Shown in pieces: positions 34,372 through 42,161 of a DNA stretch of 64,000 nt. The stretch is from assembly GCF_044904565.1 (NCBI RefSeq), contig NZ_JADIKD010000011.1, positions 101,724 to 165,723 of the forward strand, written 5' to 3'. The position numbers and the translations under genes were made by a program. The notes under the pieces were generated by a model, which searched no databases, had not been told where the DNA came from, and saw nothing but the letters and a program-made list of their open reading frames with translations. Source of the DNA: Dyella koreensis. Lineage in GTDB: Bacteria > Pseudomonadota > Gammaproteobacteria > Xanthomonadales > Rhodanobacteraceae. How positions within the stretch are numbered: position 1 is the stretch's first letter; each line of letters begins with the position of its first letter.

Positions 34372-35525
34372 GCGACGCTCCTTGGTGGTTCCACAGCGGT
34401 GGCGGCAGCAGCCTGCGACAAAGGCACCCGAACCTGCAGCCGCGTGCCGTGCCTGGCTGGCGAATCGATCTCCAGCACACCACCCAGCGCGCGCACGCGC
34501 TCACGCATGCCGCTGACACCATTGCCATGCGCGGCGAGACCGCCGCAACCGTTGTCGCTGATCTGCATATCAAACCTGTCTGGCTCTACAAGAAAACGCA
34601 CGCTCGCTGACGTGGCATGAGCGTGGCGGTGGATATTGGTGACGGCTTCGCGCAGGACCAGGGCAAGCTGCGCCTCGATGACCGGCGGCAGACTGACCTC
34701 AGCCGGCAGCTCCCCCTCGAAGATCATGCCGGACGCTTCCAGCATCAGCCGCGCGGAAATCAGTTCAGCAGCCAGATCGCTGCGCCGCATGCCGGTGACC
34801 GCCGCGCGCACTTCAGCCAGCGCGTGCCGCGCAACCTTTTCCACTTCATCCATTTCGCGCTGCGCACGTGCCGGATCTTCCAGTGCAAGGCGGCGCGCCA
34901 GTTCGGACTTGATCGCTACCAACGACAGCGTGTGTCCGAGCAGGTCATGCAAGTCGCGACCGATGCGCTCGCGCTCGGCCAGGGTGGCAAGGCGGCGCAC
35001 TTCGCCCTGCGACAGGCGCAGCTCCGCATCCTTGCGCAGGTTGCGGATGTACAGGAAATTGCTCGAGCCGCCGAGAATGCCGGCGAACAGCACCACCAGC
35101 ATGATCCACAGCGGTGCGTGCAGCCACAGCACCACAGGCAGTGACAACAACGCCAGGGCAAAGACGCCGACGATCCATACGCGCATCGACGATGTCACCG
35201 ACAGCGCCGCTCCGGCGCATATCAAGTAACCGAACGCAACGCTGTTGACCGGCCACAAGGCAAAGCCAAGCAACGCCATGCCGCCGATGTACCAGGGCAA
35301 CCGGCGCATCGGGCCGATATAGACCTGCGCCTGCAGATACAGGTACACCGGCATGGTGAGCACGGTCGGCAGAAACCACGACCAGGCAAAACCCTGCGCA
35401 CCCAGCGGCACCGCGATCAGCATCACCACCCACAGCGCCTGGCCGAAGGCGGAGCGCAGCAGGAACATCGGCGAACGCAACTGGCCGATGAGTGAGTCGG
35501 GACGCGGGGTAAGCCAGGCGTACAT
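34368..35525 (-). CDS. HisKA_3-family sensor histidine kinase, paralog 1 (DesK/LiaS/YvfT-like, multi-TM sensor)
   Basis: ...ERERIGRDLHDLLGHTLSLVAIKSEL... H-box and a HATPase_c domain. ATGA overlaps both neighbouring genes. Confidence 0.88.
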   Translation of the reverse strand: MYAWLTPRPDSLIGQLRSPMFLLRSAFGQALWVVMLIAVPLGAQGFAWSWFLPTVLTMPVYLYLQAQVYIGPMRRLPWYIGGMALLGFALWPVNSVAFGYLICAGAALSVTSSMRVWIVGVFALALLSLPVVLWLHAPLWIMLVVLFAGILGGSSNFLYIRNLRKDAELRLSQGEVRRLATLAERERIGRDLHDLLGHTLSLVAIKSELARRLALEDPARAQREMDEVEKVARHALAEVRAAVTGMRRSDLAAELISARLMLEASGMIFEGELPAEVSLPPVIEAQLALVLREAVTNIHRHAHATSASVRFLVEPDRFDMQISDNGCGGLAAHGNGVSGMRERVRALGGVLEIDSPARHGTRLQVRVPLSQAAAATAVEPPRSVA

Positions 35526-36751
35526 CAGACGGCGTGGGGCGTGTCGATGGCGGCGATCGCGTCCTGCGTTTCGCCGTTGCGTGGTTCCGCACGCGCCGCC
35601 TGCGGCATGGCATGCGGCAAGGGCACCGTCACCAGCAAGGTCGTACCCTTGCCACGGGCCGAATCGATACTGAGGTTGCCCCCGATGGCGCGCACGCGCT
35701 CGCGCATGCCGCACAGGCCGTTGCCGTCCTGCACGATCCCGCCGCGGCCATCGTCGGTGATGCGCAGCTGCAGCACGTGCCCATCGCGCTGGAACTCGAT
35801 GCGCGCACGGCTGGCCTGCGCGTGCCGCGCGATATTGGTGGCCGCCTCGCGCAACACCAGTGACAGGCAGCGCTCGATATCCAGCGGCATGCCCCGTGGC
35901 GGCGCGGCGTAATCCAGGTGAACAGCCGACGACTCCAGCAGCAGGCGCGCCGAGGCCAGTTCGGCGGCGAGATCGGTAGCGCGGATGCCGGTCACCGCCG
36001 AGCGCACTTCCGCAAGAGCGTGACGCGCCACTTTTTCCGCTTCCGCCACTTCACGCCGCGCGGCTTCGGCATCGCGATCGAACAGCTTGCGTGAAAGCTC
36101 CAGCTTGAGCGTGATCAGCGACAGCGTGTGCCCCAGCAAGTCGTGCAGATCGCGGCCGATACGTTCGCGCTCTGCCGTGGCAGCTAGGCGGCGTACTTCT
36201 TCCTGCGACAGCTTGAGCGCCGCATCCTTTTCGTGCTCGATGCGTTCGACGTGGCTGACGGTGCCGATGATCAGCGTCATGCATGGCACCGCCAACAACA
36301 CCTGCCAGGGATACCCCACCGCCGAAGCCACCAGCACGAATAGCGCATTGAGTCCCATCAGCCATAGCAACAACAGCGAGACGCGACGCGAATTGGACAG
36401 GCTGCAGGAAACGCAGCCGTAGATGAAATAGGTGACCCCACTCGGGTACCACGGCAACAGCGCAATGCTCAGACCCGCCAGGCCAAGCGCATAACGTGGC
36501 GCCGTACGGCGCGGCGCCAGCATCACCTTGGCGAACAGCAGTAGGAATAGCGGGTAGGACGCCAGGGTGATCAACAGCCAGCGCAAGGTGAAACCGTCAC
36601 CAAACGCCGGCGTGATGAATACCCATGCCGACCACAGCAGATGCACCGCCTCTGCCCAAGGCGACTTACCCTGCCGCCGGATCGCGGCAACGCGCGAATC
36701 CGGCGCTGGAACGAGCCATGCGTGAAGCCAGCCGAGCATCGCCATCACCAT
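35525..36751 (-). CDS. HisKA_3-family sensor histidine kinase, paralog 2
   Basis: ...ERERIGRDLHDLLGHTLSLITLKLEL... has the same architecture as the adjacent kinase and is clearly paralogous to it. Confidence 0.88.
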   Translation of the reverse strand: MVMAMLGWLHAWLVPAPDSRVAAIRRQGKSPWAEAVHLLWSAWVFITPAFGDGFTLRWLLITLASYPLFLLLFAKVMLAPRRTAPRYALGLAGLSIALLPWYPSGVTYFIYGCVSCSLSNSRRVSLLLLWLMGLNALFVLVASAVGYPWQVLLAVPCMTLIIGTVSHVERIEHEKDAALKLSQEEVRRLAATAERERIGRDLHDLLGHTLSLITLKLELSRKLFDRDAEAARREVAEAEKVARHALAEVRSAVTGIRATDLAAELASARLLLESSAVHLDYAAPPRGMPLDIERCLSLVLREAATNIARHAQASRARIEFQRDGHVLQLRITDDGRGGIVQDGNGLCGMRERVRAIGGNLSIDSARGKGTTLLVTVPLPHAMPQAARAEPRNGETQDAIAAIDTPHAV

Positions 36752-36778
36752 CCCCTAAGAACCCGTTCGCATGCTACT

Positions 36779-37573
36779 TCAACCGAACCGGCGCAGGCGG
36801 CGCGCCGCCAGCATCACGAAGCCCACGGTGTAGACCAGCAGGGTCACCACATGCGGCCAGAACGCGCCCTGCTCCAGCCCCACCGCGGACAGTGCCAGCT
36901 GATTGAGGTGATAACTCGGCCATACCGGCGCCAGTTGCTGGACCAGCTTCGGCATCATGCTCAAGGGGAACCAGAGGCCGGAAAGAAACGCCATCGGCAG
37001 ATAGATCAGGTTGACCACGCTAGGCGCGCCTTGCCCTTTGATGAGGGTGCCCAGCAGCAGACCCATCGCACAGAACGGCAGTACGCCGAACAGGTCAGTA
37101 ACAAACAGCGAGAGCATTTGCGTCAACGTGAGCGGCACATGCGCCAGCAGGGTTGCCATCAACAGCAGCAACACCGAAACCGTCGCAGCCACCAGCATCG
37201 CCATGGACATCTTGCCGAGCAGATAGGCCCCCGGCGGCATTGGCAACGCACGCTTGAGCATCATCAGACCGTTGTCGCGCTCCATCGACAGCGCCAGGCC
37301 GAAACCGAACAAGCCCGGCGCCATCACACCAAAGGTGCCGTACGCGGCCAGCAGATAACGCGGTGCATCGGCGCCGTTGGCGCGACCAAGCACGATACCG
37401 AACATCAGGTAGAACACCGTGGGCAGCATCACTGTCGGTATCAGGAAGCCCGGGCTGCGCAGATAGCGGAGGCATTCGGCGCGCGCTTCTTCCAGATAGG
37501 CGCCGATCACGCGGCGTAACGGCATGCTGGCGTCGGCATGCGTGGTGGGCAGGGTCGAGATCACGGCGTTCAT
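36779..37573 (-). CDS. ABC-2 type transporter permease
   Basis: 264 aa, 6-TM ABC-2 permease. Confidence 0.85.
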   Translation of the reverse strand: MNAVISTLPTTHADASMPLRRVIGAYLEEARAECLRYLRSPGFLIPTVMLPTVFYLMFGIVLGRANGADAPRYLLAAYGTFGVMAPGLFGFGLALSMERDNGLMMLKRALPMPPGAYLLGKMSMAMLVAATVSVLLLLMATLLAHVPLTLTQMLSLFVTDLFGVLPFCAMGLLLGTLIKGQGAPSVVNLIYLPMAFLSGLWFPLSMMPKLVQQLAPVWPSYHLNQLALSAVGLEQGAFWPHVVTLLVYTVGFVMLAARRLRRFG

Positions 37574-38499
37574 CAGGCGGCCTCGCGTTGTGGATCGGCC
37601 GATGCATCGGCCTCACGGGTGAGTTCAGTGAAGGCTTCGGCCAGACCGGCGCGCTGCACTTCCAGTTCGCTGAGTTGCGCGTCGGCATCCAGCAGGCGCC
37701 GCACCAGCGCTTCCGCGCTATCGGTGGACAGCCACAGACGCTCGCCTTCGCGACGCGCCTCCGCTACTTCCGGCCAGGCGGAAACCGCAGCGGGGTCGAG
37801 CCGAGTGATGCAACGCACACGCTTCAAGGCCACGCGTGCGCGCAACTGATCAACCGTGCCTTCGCTGATGATCTTGCCGCGCGCCATCACGCAGACGCGA
37901 TCGGCGAGTACCTCGGCTTCTTCCAGGTAGTGCGTGGTCAGCACCACGCTGCATCCTTCGGCGATCAGATGGCGGATCGCCGCCCACAGCTTCTGCCGCG
38001 CCTCGATATCCATACCCACGGTGGGCTCGTCGAGAAACAGCAGTTCCGGCCGACCGCAGAGCGCCAGCGCGAATTGCACGCGGCGCTGCTGTCCACCGGA
38101 AAGCTTGGCGTAGGGTCGCCGCAGCAGATCGGTAACACCGGCCAGCGCGGCGCTTTCCTGCACGCTGCGCGGTGCCGGGTAGTAGCTCGCGGTCAGGCGG
38201 ATCAGCTCACCGACGCGCAGCGTGGGCGGCAGCGTGGCCGACTGCAACATCACGCCGATGCGGCGGCGCGCCACGATCTGTTGCGGATCCTGGCCGAACA
38301 ATTCGACCTGCCCCGCATCCGCACGCACCAAGCCAAGCAGCAAGCTTATGGCAGTGCTTTTGCCCGCACCGTTCGGACCCAGCAGCGCGAGCAATTCGCC
38401 GCGATGCAACATCAAATCGAGTCCATCGACGGCCGTGAGCGCACCGTAACGTTTTACGACAGATGCCAGACGTGCAACCGGTATCGCAGTGGTATTCAT
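37573..38499 (-). CDS. ABC transporter ATP-binding protein
   Basis: GPNGAGKST, LSGGQQRRV, LLFLDEPT. Confidence 0.92.
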   Translation of the reverse strand: MNTTAIPVARLASVVKRYGALTAVDGLDLMLHRGELLALLGPNGAGKSTAISLLLGLVRADAGQVELFGQDPQQIVARRRIGVMLQSATLPPTLRVGELIRLTASYYPAPRSVQESAALAGVTDLLRRPYAKLSGGQQRRVQFALALCGRPELLFLDEPTVGMDIEARQKLWAAIRHLIAEGCSVVLTTHYLEEAEVLADRVCVMARGKIISEGTVDQLRARVALKRVRCITRLDPAAVSAWPEVAEARREGERLWLSTDSAEALVRRLLDADAQLSELEVQRAGLAEAFTELTREADASADPQREAA

Positions 38500-38788
38500 A
38501 GCTCTCCCTCCGTGGATGGAATGCTAGGCAGCACAAGGCCTGGCAGGCAGTCGCCGACGTCAGCCAGCGCAGGTGACAGGCGTCATGCCGGGGGTTACGG
38601 CGCTGACAAAGGCACGTTATCCTCGACGAATCGTCGCTACGGTTTTTTATGCGACGCACCTGACTGGATGGACCAGACAGGCATGGAGAACACGGTTCGT
38701 TGATGTGTTCTCCCGAGCATTCATTTCGGTGTTGGCAGGCCGCGCCATTTCCCCATGGCACGCCTGCGTACTTTGAGGAGGAGCCATC

Positions 38789-40285
38789 ATGGGTGTGATC
38801 GATCAGCTGCGCGAACTGCGCGAATTCGGCGGCGCGCCGCAGACCACCGGCCTGGACGACGCCATCATCGAGCGCTTCGCCGCGAGTCACCCCCAGTTGG
38901 CACAGGCCGTCAACGAAGCGGTGGCACAACATCGCGCGCTGCGCGCGGAGTTCGGTGATTTCCTCAAGCTCGACGAAGCCGAACAGTTGAAGCAGGCGCA
39001 AGCCGGCTTTGTGAATTTCTATCCCGACGACGGTATCAATCCGTACCTGCCGGCCGCCGCGCGCGGTCCGTGGATCGTCACGCTCAAGGGCGCGGTGATT
39101 CACGACAACGGCGGCTACGGCATGCTCGGCTTCGGCCACAACGACGAAGCGATCCGCGAAGCGATGAGCCGTCCGCAAGTGATGGCCAATGTGATGACGC
39201 CGAACCTGTCGCAGATGCGCCTCGCCAAGGCGCTGGATCGCGAACTCGGCCGCAACCGCGGCGGCAATCCCTATGCGCGCTATCTGTGCCTCAACTCGGG
39301 TTCGGAATCGGTGTCGCTGGCCTGCCGCATCGCCGACGTCAATGCCAAGCTGATGACCGAAGCCGGCGCGCGCTACGCCAACCGCACCATCAAGCGTCTC
39401 GCGGTGAAAGGCGCGTTCCATGGCCGCACCGAGAAACCGGCGCTGTATTCGGATTCCACGCGCAAGACCTACCAGCAGCATCTCGCCAGCTATCGCCACG
39501 AAGACACGCTGATCACGGTATCGCCGTACGACGTCGCGCAGCTCGAAGCCGCCTTCGCCGACGCCGACAAGCACGGCTGGTTTATCGAAGCCATGTTCCT
39601 CGAGCCGGTGATGGGCGAAGGCGACCCCGGCCGCGCGTTGACGCCGGAGTTCTACAAGTCCGCGCGTGCGCTCACCGAGTCGCACGGTTCGCTGCTGCTG
39701 GTCGATTCGATCCAGGCCGGCCTGCGCGCGCATGGCGTGCTTTCGATCACCGACTATCCCGGCTTCGAGCAGCTGCCGGCACCGGACATGGAAACCTTCT
39801 CCAAGGCGCTCAACGCCGGCCAGTATCCGCTGTCGGTGCTGGCGGTCAGCGAGCGCACCGCCGGTCTGTACCGCAAGGGCATCTACGGCAACACCATGAC
39901 CGCCAACCCGCGCGCACTCGACGTCGCGCTGGCTACGCTGGACCAGCTCACCGATGCGGTGCGCGGCAACATCCGTGAGCGCGGCAAGGAATTCGTCGAC
40001 AAGCTCAACCTGCTGAAGAACGAACTGGGCGGCCTGATCACCAAGGTGCAGGGCACCGGCCTGCTGTTCTCCTGCGAGCTGTCGCCCGACTTCAAGTGCT
40101 ACGGCGCCGGCTCCACCGAGGAATACATGCGTGAACGCGGCGTGGGCGTGATCCATGGCGGCGTCAATTCGCTGCGCTTCACCCCCCACTTCAACGTCAC
40201 CAGCGCCGAGGTCGACCTGGTGGTCGCCGCGGTGCGCCAGGCACTGCTGCAGGGTCCGCGCAAGGTCAGCGCCGAGGCGGCCTGA
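38789..40285 (+). CDS. Class-III-fold PLP-dependent aminotransferase family protein (498 aa)
   Basis: ...LLLVDSIQAGLRAHGVLS... matches the DExQTG-type class-III motif. The RBS is GAGGAGGAG. Confidence 0.65.
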   Translation: MGVIDQLRELREFGGAPQTTGLDDAIIERFAASHPQLAQAVNEAVAQHRALRAEFGDFLKLDEAEQLKQAQAGFVNFYPDDGINPYLPAAARGPWIVTLKGAVIHDNGGYGMLGFGHNDEAIREAMSRPQVMANVMTPNLSQMRLAKALDRELGRNRGGNPYARYLCLNSGSESVSLACRIADVNAKLMTEAGARYANRTIKRLAVKGAFHGRTEKPALYSDSTRKTYQQHLASYRHEDTLITVSPYDVAQLEAAFADADKHGWFIEAMFLEPVMGEGDPGRALTPEFYKSARALTESHGSLLLVDSIQAGLRAHGVLSITDYPGFEQLPAPDMETFSKALNAGQYPLSVLAVSERTAGLYRKGIYGNTMTANPRALDVALATLDQLTDAVRGNIRERGKEFVDKLNLLKNELGGLITKVQGTGLLFSCELSPDFKCYGAGSTEEYMRERGVGVIHGGVNSLRFTPHFNVTSAEVDLVVAAVRQALLQGPRKVSAEAA

Positions 40286-40444
40286 GGCCGGCGGCTTCCC
40301 TCATGCTGCGGCGGCGCTGAACGCCAGCCCGTCGCAGCATGAATCGAAAGTGCACGAAACCTGCCCTCCCCCTCTAGCCAAAGCCGCGCACCGGCATAGA
40401 CTTGCGACGCCGGCGCTCGCCGGTCATCCAGGAGGGTCTCCGCC

Positions 40445-40798
40445 ATGTCTTTGCGTTTCAGCTTGATCGCCGCCAGCGCCGTACTGGCCTTTGCCGCAAC
40501 GTCCGCGTTCGCTTCGCCGCAGGCTGCCAGCACCACGGCCGCCGCTCCGGCCAAGAAGGAACTCAGCTCGTCGCAGCAGCACATGTCCGACTGCAGCAAG
40601 CAGGCCAAGGGCAAGAAGGGTGACGAGTTCAAGTCCGCCGTCAGCGCCTGCATGAAGGGCGAACCCGCCGCCGCACCGACGGCCAAGCAGACGCAGCAGG
40701 AAAAGATGAAGAGCTGTAACGTCGACGCCAAGGCCAAGGCCTTGAAGGGCGACGCCCGCAAGTCCTTCATGAAGGACTGCCTCAGCAACCATCCGTAA
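40445..40798 (+). CDS. psiF: PsiF-repeat family secreted protein (phosphate-starvation-inducible PsiF-like)
   Basis: A signal peptide, plus two PsiF-type repeats: CSKQAKGKKGDEFKSAVSACM and CNVDAKAKALKGDARKSFMKDCL. Confidence 0.7.
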   Translation: MSLRFSLIAASAVLAFAATSAFASPQAASTTAAAPAKKELSSSQQHMSDCSKQAKGKKGDEFKSAVSACMKGEPAAAPTAKQTQQEKMKSCNVDAKAKALKGDARKSFMKDCLSNHP

Positions 40799-40821
40799 TC
40801 GCTCTATCAGCTACGAGCTGC

Positions 40822-40863
40822 CGCGAGGCGTCGTTCCCAGGAACGACGCCTCGCGCGTTTTGG
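40822..40863 (+). terminator. Terminator after psiF
   Basis: CGCGAGGCGTCGTTCC-cagg-AACGACGCCTCGCG followed by CGTTTTGGG. Confidence 0.7.
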
Positions 40864-40910
40864 GCAGGAGCAAAAGCGAAAGCACTACGACGCAGAAAAA
40901 CGTCCTCCCA

Positions 40911-41216
40911 ACGCCTGACACTGGAAAAGGCGCAGCTACAAAGCACGCCGCCTGCTCTCAGGCCATTTCTCTTTGGTTACTTTCTCTTGACTCCGGGCAT
41001 CCATGCCCTCCGCCCTTCGGGCCAGCTGCGCTGTTCGCACCCGCTCCTGCGGGTGCGTGGGCCAGCAAAGAGAAAGTGACCCGGACCGCGGCAGCGGTTC
41101 GGAAGCCCGCGGCAGGCGAGCCCGGTCGCGACAGCGCGACAATCGAAGCGCTTCACTACTGGATGACCAGCTTCGCTGTTGTGAAGCGCCTCCGGCCTTC
41201 GCCGAAATGACGATGT
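40911..41216. repeat. Composite MITE-like intergenic repeat, full copy B (with about 70-nt and about 26-nt internal insertions relative to copy A)
   Basis: Shares the 5' module, central hairpin and 3' module with 12035-12248. Confidence 0.75.
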
Positions 41217-41337
41217 AGGAGAGTGCGTCGCGAGATCGGATCCACTTCCCAAGGGATGACGAAAGAGAAGCAGCGTCGCGAGCATCCCCACCCCCTCCTG
41301 CGCCACAATCGGAAAATCCAGCCCCGCAGGAACCCCC

Positions 41338-41979
41338 ATGAAGATCGTCGAAGTCCGCCACCCCCTGATCCAGCACAAGCTCGGCCTGATGCGCCGCGCC
41401 GGCATCAGCACCAAGGAATTCCGCGAACTCGCTTCCGAAGTCGCCGCGCTGCTCACCTATGAGGCCACCAAGGATCTGGAAACGGTGGAGCAGCACATCG
41501 ACGGCTGGGCCGGTCCGCTGACGGTGCATCAGATCAAGGGCAAGAAGATCACCATCGTGCCGATCCTGCGCGCGGGCCTGGGCATGCTGCCCGGCGTGCT
41601 GGATCTGATTCCCGCCGCCAAGGTCAGCGTGGTCGGCCTGCAGCGCGACGAGGAAACGCTCCAGCCGATCGCCTACTACGAGAAGCTCACCGGCCGCATG
41701 GACGAGCGCATCGCGCTGATCGTCGACCCGATGCTGGCGACGGCAGGCACCCTGGTCGCCACCGTGGACATGCTCAAGGCGGCGGGCTGCAAGCGCATCA
41801 AGGGGCTGTTCCTGGTCGCCGCACCGGAGGGCCTGAAGCGGATCGAGGCGGCGCACCCGGATGTCGAGATCTACACCGCCGCCATCGACCAGCGCCTCAA
41901 CGAGCACGGCTACATCCTCCCGGGCCTGGGCGACGCCGGCGACAAGATCTTCGGCACCAAGCAACTACCAGCAGGCTGA
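41338..41979 (+). CDS. upp: Uracil phosphoribosyltransferase
   Basis: [19 protein letters not shown]... 213 aa. Confidence 0.95.
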   Translation: MKIVEVRHPLIQHKLGLMRRAGISTKEFRELASEVAALLTYEATKDLETVEQHIDGWAGPLTVHQIKGKKITIVPILRAGLGMLPGVLDLIPAAKVSVVGLQRDEETLQPIAYYEKLTGRMDERIALIVDPMLATAGTLVATVDMLKAAGCKRIKGLFLVAAPEGLKRIEAAHPDVEIYTAAIDQRLNEHGYILPGLGDAGDKIFGTKQLPAG

Positions 41980-41989
41980 CTAGCTCCCC

Positions 41990-42066
41990 TGTAGGAGCCC
42001 ACCCTGTGGGCGACCGGGAGGCTGACATCCTCGCAACACCTTTCGCGCACAGAGTGCGCTCCTACC
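41990..42066. repeat. Paired inverted REP-like palindromic units (copy 2)
   Basis: tgtaggagcCCACcctgtgGGCgac ... gcGCACagagtGCGCtcctac. Confidence 0.7.
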
Positions 42067-42161
42067 CTCCAGGCTGAGAATCCTTTCTCAGAACTGTCGT
42101 AAAATCTTGCTAGCCTCGCCCGCTGGAGGATCCGTCCGGATCCCATGAGGGAGTGGGAAAG

